Assembly (NCBI RefSeq): GCF_040938485.1
Contig: NW_027272029.1
Span: forward strand, 1 to 64,000
From: Diadema antillarum
Taxonomy: Eukaryota
Direction of reading: 5' to 3'
Length of the DNA: 64,000 nt
Shown: positions 27,930-39,805 of the stretch, piece by piece
How positions within the stretch are numbered: the stretch's first letter is position 1
How the letters are laid out: every line of letters begins with the position of its first letter
Notes under the pieces: generated by a model
Database searches by the model: none
Told to the model about the DNA's origin: nothing
Seen by the model: only the letters and a program-made list of their open reading frames with translations
Program-made: the position numbers and the translations under genes

Positions 27930-28478
27930 ATGACGTCGACCAAGGCGACCGACGTTGACAGTGTCGAGAACCGTTCGACGATATCATCCCCGCCGTCATC
28001 GTCCGTCCGCAAGCCGTCCATGTTGACGACACGGCGCTCCACCGGTCTGGCCGTGGGCAAGTCCGGCGGGAGATCGAGACTCACGCCCGATGGCGATAGG
28101 TCGAAGATGAGTATGAGGACGTCGCAGTTCGAGAACAATTACAAACTCGCTCCCGATGCCCACTTCAACGTTGGTATCGTCGAGGCGGCCGTGCGAAAGA
28201 CTTTGGAAGCCAAGCTGGCGGGTGTCGAGTACTTGCCGAGCTCGGTGGAGAGTTTGACGAAAGAGCTCAGCGAGGCAGTCAAATTTGATGTGAAATCGTT
28301 GGGTTTTGCCCGGCATAAAATCGTCAGCCACGTCATCGTAGGTCCGCTAGGGGGTCAGTCGGTCCAAGTAGCCAGTAGATTTGTCTGGGACGACAAATTG
28401 GACAACTACGCATCCATTTCGTATCAGAATTCGTCCATTTTTGCAGTAGCGCTGGTGTATGGAGTTTACTACGAGTAA
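27930..28478 (+). CDS. DYNLT5: Tctex-1 family dynein light chain (DYNLT5/TCTEX1D1-like), single coding exon, 182 aa; exact orthology not established
   Basis: The C-terminal ~115 aa (FENNYKLAPDAHF...ELSEAVKFDVKSLGFARHKIVSHVIVGPLGGQSVQVASRFVWDDKLDNYASISYQNSSIFAVALVYGVYYE*) follow the Tctex-1 pattern (ENTY..P, RYK, GQ...ASR.LWD...D, YQN.S.FAVA.VYGVY.E), preceded by a Ser/Arg-rich N-terminal extension. ATG at 27930 (acacaATGA); the ORF track start at 27906 is a GTG. GC-rich codons contrast with AT-rich flanks. Confidence 0.92.
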   Translation: MTSTKATDVDSVENRSTISSPPSSSVRKPSMLTTRRSTGLAVGKSGGRSRLTPDGDRSKMSMRTSQFENNYKLAPDAHFNVGIVEAAVRKTLEAKLAGVEYLPSSVESLTKELSEAVKFDVKSLGFARHKIVSHVIVGPLGGQSVQVASRFVWDDKLDNYASISYQNSSIFAVALVYGVYYE

Positions 28479-29138
28479 CTGCACAATATGACCCCTTCTG
28501 CCTTGTTGGAAATTCGGAGTGATGTAATATTCATCATCCATTGAATCAGGAAACATTCTTTCAGTCATGTGGTATCAGTGGATTAACATTTCAACCTAAA
28601 GAACAACAAAAACGATAACATCTTCTGCTAAAATCGGACAGAAATACCTTGACATTTTTGACATTTTCTTCCAGCTGCATAATTAATACATCAGTGTAAT
28701 GAGAGTTACAGTTTCGACTATTTTTTTTAATGCATGGAGCTAATTAATCATTTGATCTGTCAGTTGAAATACACATTGGGAAGTTCTTGTAAATGACAAA
28801 GACTTGGTTTACTCTGGATCTTGTTTTGATGAAACACGTTGCCCTGTGCAGTTTAAAAGACCAATGATGTTTTCGTAGTCACACACGAATTGTAGGTAAA
28901 CCGTATAGAGAAGTTTCAAACATCATTACCCGGATGTTCATACAGTGTATCTTGCGCATTGTTATGTGTGGGTTTGAACTTTGCGCTTCAACGCATGCGA
29001 TCGTTTCCTTCAAGGAAAGATATTAACCACTCGATAATCCTGGTTTGTGGTTAGCTTTTTAAAACCCGAGTGGAATAATGACGGCCCAAAACTTCTTCGA
29101 TTTATTCGCGCCAAGCGTTGGATGTCCATGGCGTCGAT

Positions 29139-29705
29139 TTAAAGGACAAGTTCACCTTCATAGACATGTGGGTTGAGTGAATGCAGCAATATTTGTAGAA
29201 CACATCAATGAGAGTTTGAGGAAAATCGGACAATCCGTTCAAAAGTTATGAATTTTTTAAGTTTCTGCTCGGTCACGGCTGGATGAGAAGACTACTATAG
29301 CTTGTGATGTCATATGAGTACAACTATATAAAGAAAGTATAAAGAAAATTCAAGATATTCTCACTTTTCTCACATAATAAAAGGACACTCGACTTCTCTC
29401 TTTCAGATGTCAGGGGAAATAATATTACCCCAAACATAGGTCAGTAACATGTCGAAGAAATGTGCACTTTATTCAAAAAGTCAAGTTTTGTGGAATTCTC
29501 TTTATATTTTCCTTATATTGTTGTACGCATGTGACATCATACACTGTAGTAGTCTTCTCCTCCAGCAGTGATTGCACAGATACTTTAAAAATTCATAACT
29601 TTTGAACGGATTGTCGGATTTTCCCCAAACTTTCACTGATGTGTTCTACTAATATTGTTGCCTTCACTCAATCCACATGTATATGAAGGTGAACTTGTCC
29701 TTTAA
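29139..29705. mobile_element. Kolobok/Angel-like MITE, family B (~565 bp, largely palindromic), copy 1
   Basis: TTAA-aggacaagttcaccttcata...tatgaaggtgaacttgtcct-TTAA, with long imperfect inverted arms. Confidence 0.85.
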
Positions 29706-31349
29706 AGGTCTTGTACATGTGGTAACATGATGAAAAAGTCGTTTTGTTCTTGACACTTGTTTGGAAATGTTTCGCGCCATTAGTTCCAGATGGATCAATA
29801 TGTTTCGTGCAGTTAACCATATCTGTGTCATCAAATAAACATTGTAAAGATTGACAATATATTGCAAATACGTTTGTCATGTAGTAAAGACTTCTTTTCC
29901 CATATTTGATGGCGTATCGGTTATACACGAAGCAGTGATATGCTCTTGAAATACGAGTTATTTAGTACACTGAACGTTTCCCTTTCAGAGGCTTGGAGAA
30001 TATTTACTGTGTTGTCATGAATCATGGTAGACAGGGAAACTTTTATGGCCCTCTGTGGAGAGGAAAGGTGAAGAGAGCACTTGTTATTGTACCTAAATTG
30101 CTGGTTTGCAGTATAGCAATGTCATAAAGCGCCTCTCAGGGCAGGAATAGGTCATTATTATATATATATATATATGTCATCCATCAGCTAATAACTGGGA
30201 CTTGCATTGAAACAGCTGACTTGAATAGATGAGATATATCCTGCCATTTCTGGTGAACGTGCAATAAGGGTTGTCAGCATGGTCAGGGTTTCATAACCTG
30301 TAAGGGAGACGTTATTAATGGGGAGACATAGAGAAGAAGACTCGTCTAAACAAATTACATAATGAAATTCATTGACGGAACTGAGCTTCCAGAAGATTAA
30401 AAAAAAAAAATCCTGTGATTGTTTTTGTTGTTACATGTTTAGGAGCAGGGATGATTGTAATAAATATATTTCGGTATTGGTTCGATACTGCACTGTGAAA
30501 GAATATACATGCATACTGCAATATTACGTAAACTTTGAATCTTTATCTTTGGAATAATATCCTTCAATGCTCCGTTGAGTGGTCTGGCTGCCAATGCGAT
30601 GAAAGTTATTCGGTTCACAATTTTGTCTAGGCCGAGCAAGATCATCTAAGATAAGAATATGTAGTATTGACTTTCATTTGTGTGCTTCTGTTGTTTTGTT
30701 AGTGCACCGATACCCTCTTTTCAGACTTCAGAGATTGCCTGAATATTTACTGTCACATTTTCCTTCGTCTTCCATCCATCCTGCAATGAATTGTAATGTC
30801 CTACTGCCGAAAGTTGTGAGATCATTCATTTAATGTGGCGCTATTTCTATAATGCACAGCTCCGCGCATATTTCGACCATTTAGACCAATTTGAGTATTT
30901 TATTTTCTCGTAAAATGTTATAAAAGCCATACACTGCGCACTTCTTCATTTCATCAACACTTTAAGTTGAGAAAAGTCGAAGTGTAAAATTTGCTTGTTG
31001 CCTTTCAGAGTTGTGCTTGGGGCTTTTCTTTTTGTTTGTTTCTGTCTCGCTAAATAAACCGATCTATTATATTGCATGGCCGGAATGTTTCGTTCCAGTT
31101 GATAACGTACTCCATCCTGTGTTCCAAATGTGTGATATGTTTTTACTAGAATGATTTTGACAGCTATAAATCGACTATTTGTGCCCTTTCTTCCTGTATG
31201 CGCCTGATGATACCTAGTTACATGATACGTGCCCATGTAAAAGATAGCTGTCTGCAATTACCAAGAACACAGAAGCCAAGTACATGTACATATACATGTA
31301 TTACAACTGCATAGGAATTACACAGTAAATGACAGACACAATAATATGC

Positions 31350-31944
31350 GGTTCCATGACATTTTTTTTTGTTCCTGTGTCAGTATTGCTCCCATGAAAT
31401 ATCTGCACACACAGCCAAACATAAATTCTACCCTCATACATTACCCTAACCCTATAATCCTAATCCTCACTTCAACTAAACCTTAAACCCTATCACAACC
31501 TTAAAGGGATCGTATAGTTTTGGTTGAGACTTAACTTCAGGTTTTTATCATTTTTTGACGACATATTTAGAAACCTCTTATGGAACATTAAAGAGCATGT
31601 AATTCCAAGAGGGATTCAATGTTCATTTGATGAAAATTGGTTTTAAAAAGGCCGAGATATCGAAAACAGAGCGATCCTAATAAAGTGTGGGACCCACATT
31701 TTATTACGATCGTTTTGTTTTACTTTGTTTTTGGATGTTTCAGCTATTCCAAACCCGATTTTTATCAAATAAACTTTGAATTCCTCTTAAAATTGTATGC
31801 TCTGTACTATTTCATAAGTGTTTTCTTGGTATCTCGCAAAAAAGTTAAAGCCCAATTTTCACCTCCACCAATACTGTACTATCCCTTTAACCCTGTTAGT
31901 CCTTGGAGAAAATGAGAGCAGAGGGGGAAAAAAGTCGTGTCACC
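31350..31944. mobile_element. MITE-like repeat with a telomere-like (CCTAAC/CCTAAT) interior, split by the 31501-31890 insertion
   Basis: Imperfect TIRs ggttccatgacattttt / aaaaaagtcgtgtcacc and a degenerate hexamer core. Confidence 0.55.
31501..31890. mobile_element. Kolobok/Angel-like MITE, family A, copy 3, inserted in another repeat
   Basis: TTAA-agggatcgtatagt...actatccct-TTAA; the flanks rejoin as cctatcacaacc-TTAA-ccctgttag. Confidence 0.85.
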
Positions 31945-33793
31945 CACACATGCACACACTGACGTAACGCCTAGATCAGGAGGAGAATGATTAACATTGT
32001 CAAGCTCATTTTCCCCCAACAGAATGGATCGTAGCTTGCAATATAGATTTCAAATTTGCAATTAACCGCAAGACTTGATTTGGGGGGAATTAAAATTGCT
32101 GGCAAATGTCTTGCAAATGTCTCTCCCTAATATGAACACCACAGGTAACATCAAAATAGAACTCACGCATTTGACAATCCATTTTTAGAATTGGAATTTA
32201 ATCCTAAATTGATCTTTATGTGTGTTCTTTGGTTTATTGCTCTGAAGCTAGATTGGTTCAGATGTACTCAGCGTAAGATCTCCTTTCAGTATCGGACTAC
32301 TTTTGAATCATTTTACTCATTGATTACTAGATTTGTATGAACATGAGAAAATGCCGTCAAAATTAATACACATTTCTGTTTCTAACCTTGAAAGCTCGCA
32401 CTTGATCCTGTTATAAAAGACTTTCTGTGTGTATGTGCCTGTGTGTGTGTGTGTAAAAATGGATTGCAAATGCAGAAGAGAACTTTGACAATTTATTATG
32501 ATGTTGTGTTTCCTAATCTACGTGAGACGTTCAGTGAAAATGGTGACCCACGTCTAAACAACACTATGCTTTGACACATTCATACGAGCAAGAAAGCTGT
32601 TAAAATCAATGGAAACCAGGCGTTATGGAACCTTCGGTTTTAAAATCGGGGCGGGAGAACACTTTACCGCGCACCGTGTATACACGGATGAGAACATTAC
32701 ATGTCCTTGTGTTCCCAATTGTCTCGGCAACGCAGTGTTTGTCTTGCCTGGCGAGAAGTATCGTTCGCTTGGATGATCGGTTAATAATTGATATCGCTCT
32801 CCCTTTCATCGATCGAAAGCACACGGTTCTGACATGAACGCATTTTGCCATTCTTTTCTGTAAGTGACACTCCTGCCAAGAGCTAAAAAAAAAATCGATA
32901 CCATGACGTCATCACCCTTAGTTATGATGAATAACAGATGACCCGTAAGTGTCAAAAGGTATGGAGTGCTCGATGAGTGTTTTAATTACTTCTGACATGG
33001 AGAGTGTTCCATTTATCAAAGAGAATGCTAACAAAGCTACGTGAATGGTATCGTAAGTAGAAGGGGAAATACAACTTTGCCAGAGACAAGAAAACTTACG
33101 TACTGAAGAGCCCCAGGCCGTGAAGAAAATTCGAATGAGACAGAATGACAGATAAAGAGATGGGCCACTATTCACCAACTGAATGCATCTTTGCAAAGGA
33201 TCTATGCATCATTAAAATCAGTCACTGAAGTGTGTGCATGATTCCGCATACACATCTTAAGTCAGCTGGAAAATATCCAAAGTTTGGGACTGAACATTGT
33301 AATTTCGTCATGGCTATAAACCCAAGACATTTTATTATTATGATTATTATACCACATGCTCACACACCATCTGTTTCCTTGTGCAAACTAGACAATTATA
33401 TTCGCAAAGTTGTTTAGGTATTACTGTTAGAACAATTGTCATAATCAGTGATAATAACGTAAATCGCTCCTCCCATTGCCATGACTACGAAAGAACTCGC
33501 AGAGTCCGAACCAAATCCTATAGTTCCATTATACAGTGTTATACGAAATTTCCTGTCATTCGTTCCACGCATACTTACCTTTTATCTTTTTTCTTTTACA
33601 AGAGAGCTGCCTTGTGTTTGTCTATGTAACGGTGAATCGGCCATTTACTCACAAACACACTTGCACGAAAAAAAACAAACAAACAAACAAAGCAAAACAT
33701 AAACAAACGTATAATATGTAAGCGCAGAATACTATTGTTCAACGCATTATACAATATTGTTTTTACCAAATTGCTGCACCACACGGAAAAAAT

Positions 33794-33857
33794 GAATGCA
33801 TGAATGAGTGAATGAATGAATGAATGAATGAATGAATGAATGAATGAATGAATGAAT
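33794..33857. repeat. (GAAT)n microsatellite
   Basis: Direct reading. Confidence 0.95.
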
Positions 33858-34200
33858 CTATTTATTTATTTCCATTCACAGGGTGGATAGCCCTTTCAGC
33901 ACAAGACTGATTTTCAAAGGGGTCCACGTAAAAATACAATGATTTACAGGGTAAAACAATAAATACAAATTACATAAATAACTGTATACAACAATCAAAC
34001 AAGAATAAAAATAAAAATATTAAACATAAAAAGTACAAGTATTCCTATTCACTTCAAAAGCATGGAAAATGTGCCTAGATGAATTGAATTTTCTGCCAGA
34101 GTATGCAAACAATCATTCGTGATATGAATATCAATCAATGTATGCATAATAAAAACAAAAAATATGTATATTTAAAACGCAGCCTCAAATGAATACATGA
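33858..34200 (-). mobile_element. LINE 3' tail remnant of the same family as 16380-16460
   Basis: Reverse complement of 33860-33930 (ggacccctttgaaaatcagtcttgtgctgaaagggctatccaccc...aaataaataaata) aligns with 16394-16460. Confidence 0.6.
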
Positions 34201-34794
34201 ATGAATGAATGAATGAATACAATAATGAATGAATGAATTCATCAATTACTATACATAATGATTACAGAAGACAACAACAAATGATATCTTACGAACAAAG
34301 CTTGGGAGATTCACTTTATATCAGAAAGGGGATGAAGTATACAACGGCAACAGTAAAGAAACAGAATACCAACGACTGCTGAGCTGATCTCTGATCCGTC
34401 CTGAGGCTTCATTTTAAGCCTTCAGTTTTAGTTTGTATCTTTACTTATTACACGCATGCCAGAGAAGCAAGTTTTGGTACAAATGTAAATTGTACTTCTT
34501 CCTCTTCCACCACGATATAAGGTGACTGACTGACCGTCTCATGATATGTCGAAATTTCAAATAATACTTACAATGAATGTTTTGTTGTTGTCTTATGATT
34601 GATAATTATATTGATTAACTTCGAAATCGCCAAACTAAAACATAATGTAGAGGGCCGAGGGTCCATCTCTGAAACCGAAGCCCTATTCCGTATAGTCTAG
34701 CATTGCAAATGTTTCACTAGTTTTACTATTGACGGCTAAATGATCAACGTAGCCTAGGTGCTGGCCGGGTGCTGGGGTTCAGTTCAACACAATT

Positions 34795-35090
34795 CTATTC
34801 AATTTGATTCAATTCAATAATTCAATTCGATTCGATTCAATTCAATTCAATTCAATTCAATTCGATTCAATTCAATTCAATTAAATTCAGTTCAATTCAA
34901 TTCAATTCAACTCAATTCAATTCATTCTAATTTTTCTTCCAACAAAAGATAACACAAAGTAAATCAGGAATTCTATCATAAGCAAATATTATATACATTA
35001 CAAAGTACGAAAGATGAACGACAGTCAACAAACTAATAAAGATGTGCATACATACCGGAAAATACAAAGTTATGTGTTGAGGAAAAAAGA
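34795..35090 (-). mobile_element. Retroposon 3' tail ending in (GAATT)n; homologous to 10205-10345 (+)
   Basis: Shared blocks ctttgtattt..ccggtatg, gcttatgat..aa.tcctgattta.t.tgtgttat.ttttgttg, and a ttgaa-repeat tail in both copies. Confidence 0.6.
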
Positions 35091-35397
35091 GAACTGAGAG
35101 GTCCACTAAAAAGCATTGCTTGTCGATTGTGGACCACTCAAAAGTTTCCTCAAAAATACTTACTGTAATTACAAATACATTACACAAACATGGTTAAGAC
35201 AGAATGGAACAAACAACAGAGACTCAATAACATGACATGACTAAACTGAGGGGGATACGATTAAAAGGAATAGAGCAAAAACAAAATTAAAGGAAGAAAG
35301 GAAAGAGAGAGAGAATGCCTACACGCTGAACAGGAGAAACGAAAGACGGGATTGAGGAGGTACTTCGGACAGCTCTGTCCGACAGACAGAACTCAGC

Positions 35398-35523
35398 TCA
35401 GCTGAGGAGGTACTTCGGGTTGCCTCTGTCCGGTCGCAGGAACTGCGACCACGAGAAATTGTCGCAGCACCCGATGTCACTAGGACAGTCACGGTGTTCA
35501 CAGCTCTGGTCTTCCACTATTCC
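35398..35523 (-). CDS. Candidate terminal exon (GIVEDQSCEHRDCPSDIGCCDNFSWSQFLRPDRGNPKYLLS*), gene unidentified
   Basis: Acceptor ctctttgttttcaatcag|, open in phase 0 to TGA, GC-rich relative to flanks. No family recognised. Confidence 0.3.
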   Translation of the reverse strand, partial: GIVEDQSCEHRDCPSDIGCCDNFSWSQFLRPDRGNPKYLLS

Positions 35524-38353
35524 CTGATTGAAAACAAAGAGGGCGCTATAGCACGCAGTGCAGAACGGGTTGATATCAACCCACTCTGACGCATTGAAAA
35601 CGGATCGCCTTAGTTTGACTGTACAGTTTTCGGGGAAGGTTGCTGTGAAGGTAGACAATGTCTATGATTGGACAGATATCAATTCACCACTAAATTTTAG
35701 TAACGTTCACACAATGCAGTTTTATGGCTCCTTAGTGCTATTATTAAATGTCTAGACATCAGTACCCGTTTCAATGCAAAGTAGAACAAAAACAGACCTA
35801 AATCGCGATAGAAACTGAACTTACACCTAAGTATATTTACAATCTCTCCTTGTCCTTCGCCCGGCAAAGTCATCAATGTAATGCATGATTGTATGTTTGC
35901 ATAACACACCAATTCATAAGTCTGTCCGCCCTCATTCCTTGTCAGTGAAATGCCTTTTGCTATACTCTTCAGCAGCAGCATTACCACGAGGGGCAAAACA
36001 AAACAAAACAAAACAAAACAAAGGAAAACAAAACAAACCAAAAAGATAGGCCTACGGGACAGTTCGTGATAAAGAAACAATAATCAAATGCTCATTTTTA
36101 TCAAACTAATCCAGTATTTTTACTTCAAGCAGAAGGTGTTTCCAACAGAAGACTAGGGACAGCGCAAATGATCATCTTTAATATCTCCTATCTTTAAAGC
36201 CGTGCATATAGAATGTTATGATAAATATAATATAGCATCCTTTTTGTCTCTTTCCACACAATCATCTTCTTGAGTATAGATGGTGTTCGTTAGAGTGTCG
36301 CGTCCCGGTTATATCCCCTTGATCTGTGTGGATACCGGTGGATACTCGTTTCAAAAGAGACTTGTTCGGATTGTGGAATTTTCCATTTTATTTCATTTTG
36401 TTTTATTTCACTTCCAACACATATATCATTACAATATTTGTGTACACATACATTTACATAATAACACAACATCATAATGAAAAAAAAATGAACTGTGATA
36501 CAATAAATTTCACCACAAATACCGAAAGAAAGTTGTTGGAAATGGAGGAGACTGCTAAAAAGCTGAGCTTGTAGTTAACAGTCCCCTCATAGAAATACAA
36601 TGTTGTATCTGATTACAAAACTGATAAAACAAGGCAAATTGCTTGAAAAAAAAAAAGTAAAGTTAGGCAGAGACGAAGTACACACAGAATATGTCATAGT
36701 GCATGGTGGAATGAAATAACAGTACGCCCTCTATTGGTCGACTGTGTGACATAATTATCGTGGCTGTGTTGAGCTGTATATGAGGTGGGATGGAGCATTC
36801 ATCAGGACGTATAAGAGCGCGTCTACTTTGAACATTTTCACTAATGTTTGCAATGATATTTCAGTTTGATCAAAGTGATGATGTAAAGAAACAAAGGCGA
36901 GGCTGATACCTTTCAAGATAGTGAGTGGGTGTGATTTCGATTTCATCGAATAATGGGCCTCGATTTGTGTTCAAAACAATCACTTTGAATATTGTATCCT
37001 TATTTTCAAACGTCTGCAATAAACAATGAATACTGGACAGGGGAAATTACTTCATCTGGACAAGTTGCAGATCTCTTCTGAAGTAGACCATTGACGAGAC
37101 AGAGAACAGTTGAACATTCATTTTTTTTCTGCTGACGTGCTGATAAACGCAACAAGAAAACATCATATTGACCATTTCACTGTTGAAATTGAAAGCAGAT
37201 TCAATGGCCATTATTTGACAAAGGACCAAATGAAAATGAGATCACCGACAGACACCTCCACAAACTCCTAGAATTAAATCAAATCAAAAACTTATACGCG
37301 AGCACCTCAACTCATCACATCCCTCATAACTGAACATAATACAGAATGATTGTATTGATGTTGCCGAGTTCTGGTTTGAATGTTTCTTGGAGATATCGGA
37401 GTTGGCCATAATGGTATGGCACGACTGCCGATTAAAGAGTGAAGTAAACGATTACAACGTAAAAGAAAACGCGTTTCTCAAAATAATACGTACGAAATTC
37501 AGTGATTGTTTAACGAAGTACCACAGGGGAAGTTTTGTGTGAATAGGTCTCCTACGCACAACTATAATCTATGAATATTTCATATCAACGCAATGACTGC
37601 ATCTAAGAGACCAATCAATTAAGTGTTTACTACAACCAGATGTATAATATCGTGCCTTTATATATTCCACCCATAAACACCGCGCTTGGCTCTGATATGT
37701 CGTGGGAATATACTGGCGTCATCGACACTTTATTACCTACTCCAAGGTGCTTCAATTTATATTGTCACTCGTGTTGCCAGTGCTTTATCCCACTTGTGTA
37801 TATAGGTGCTTTCCGTTCTGGACTGTCCAGTCCTGGCTAATCGTCTCTGTGGGATTTATATGTAAGCTTAACTATAGATTTAGGCTTTGGTATTAGCTTT
37901 TGCTTATAACATATAAAATATTCTCTTATTTCCTTCTTTTGTTTTCTTTCTATTTGTTCTCTTCTTCATCTCTTTCTTTCTTTGTAATTGTAAGTTTTCA
38001 CTATTTTTTTTTGAGGGACCAACATAATTACAATCATAATCTTTTGAGTGGGCCTCTTCATGTTTTTAGAATATATAAATGTGTGTGTGTGTGTGTGTAT
38101 GTGTGTGTGTGTTTATCTAATTATGGATATGAACATAATGCTATTTTGCTTTTTGAACTTAATGTATGTCCAATTTCACTTATATTGTAGGACTACTTTC
38201 TGTCGACAAAATGAAAACAAGTTTAAAATGAATCGCATTAATATAATAATCGTAGGGTCCTATGTATTCAGTCGCCACTGCTATATAGGTGGAGGGAGTC
38301 AGACGCCTGTTCAAATGAGATGCTGGAACCGACCACAGACAGAACACGTTCAC

Positions 38354-38465
38354 CTGAAAACGGCGCGACAGTGAAGACATTGACCTCATTTCCGGTGAGG
38401 CAGCTGAACTGGATGACGTACTCCTCGGTCTGGTGGCAAAAACTCAGGTAGACGTGCTCGCGTTG
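38354..38465 (-). CDS. Candidate exon (QREHVYLSFCHQTEEYVIQFSCLTGNEVNVFTVAPFS), gene unidentified
   Basis: 37 open codons, mostly C/G-ending, and donor CAG|gtgaac. The acceptor pyrimidine tract is weak and the antisense frame is also open. Confidence 0.3.
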
Positions 38466-39549
38466 CTACCTGAGATTTTTGCATATTGCATGGAGTATCA
38501 AGGAACTGATTCTGCAGTTCGATACAATATCATTCTATACATTATTACTGCAGCCATCCTGAATGACTGAATATTCATAAGAGGGGCGTCATGCGTTTTA
38601 TAGAAAGTAAATATATGCGCTTTACAACCGGAAAGTCGTCTCGAATGATGAGCATACAAGTCGCTATGGAGAACTAAGTGGTTACCTGTCGACAACCGTG
38701 AAGGGTAGCATGCAGTGAAGGGAGCAAGGTGCTAATGAGAAGCCAGTGACACACATTCATTGTGATGCCAATAGTTTATGCCAAGTTTAGTCACCTGAAG
38801 TGATGATGATGACGATGAATAATGAGGGTATGACAACGACGACAACTAAAGGGCTCTATAATAGGGAGGGTTTATCGATAATGACGTAGAGAACCCCCCC
38901 CCCCCCCAAAAAAAAACAAAAAAAAAACAACAACAACAACAAACAAAAAAAAAAAAAAAAAAAAAAAAAACGATCAACAACACACATTATCTTTAAGCCC
39001 TCTTGATCGTGTAAAACATCTACAAGAAATGTTAAGTGTGTGACTGGTTTTAGTTTGATGCAGCGTCGCCAAACCCATGCTGACCACTCTTCATTGCAGG
39101 TAATTACAAAATAGGTGGCCAACTTCAGGCGCCTCACTTTCTTGACTTTTATAGTTTGTTTGTGTAAGTAATTACCATTTAGCTGTCGAAAATTAGCATA
39201 GATTTTGTCTCTAATTACAAAGTCCAAATATAGTCTTCGGTAAAATAAGGCAGGGAGCTACACTGTTAGCTTATCCGTTTCCTCCTGGCACAAGATGGTA
39301 TCCGTTATTTTCGGGAAAACAATGTCGTTCGTTAAGCCGATTTTCATGAGAGAATAGTAATTCTCTCTGTGGACGTTCTTACTGTCTTGCGCTTGAACGT
39401 TTGATCGGATTTTCCTATTCTTGTCTGCCACTATGGACCTAATCCGCTTTGAAGTCGTCGCGATTTTGGGATAATTCCCTCCTTGTTGACAAACAATAAC
39501 GTGAGAGTGGCCTCGTAGGAAACCGAGAAAAACATGCAAGCAGATGGCA

Positions 39550-39805
39550 GATGGCCCAATCAGGAAGGTGGGAGTCTATCTCCCTGAGTTTAACTCCCGT
39601 CTATCTCAGATTGGGACGTCATTACAGTTTCACTCGTTGAGAGAAACGTACTATACGTAATTCCGCGATGAGCGTTTTTAGTTAGAATCCTGATCAACTT
39701 AGTCGTGTGGTCGTTAATATCAACGGAGACATGGAAAGCTGTTTGGTCTAGTTTTGAACAGGATTTCTATGCCAATATTTTGACGATGACTTCGTTACAG
39801 GTAAG
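39550..39805 (+). promoter_or_regulatory. Promoter-like segment and candidate first exon
   Basis: ccaatcag, agattgg and gacgtca motifs followed by a consensus donor ACAG|gtaagc at ~39800. Confidence 0.3.

Noticed and set aside
34790-34925. Regular repeat arrays as possible CRISPR-like structures
   Set aside because: Simple pentanucleotide microsatellite without unique spacers, in a eukaryotic context with no cas genes.
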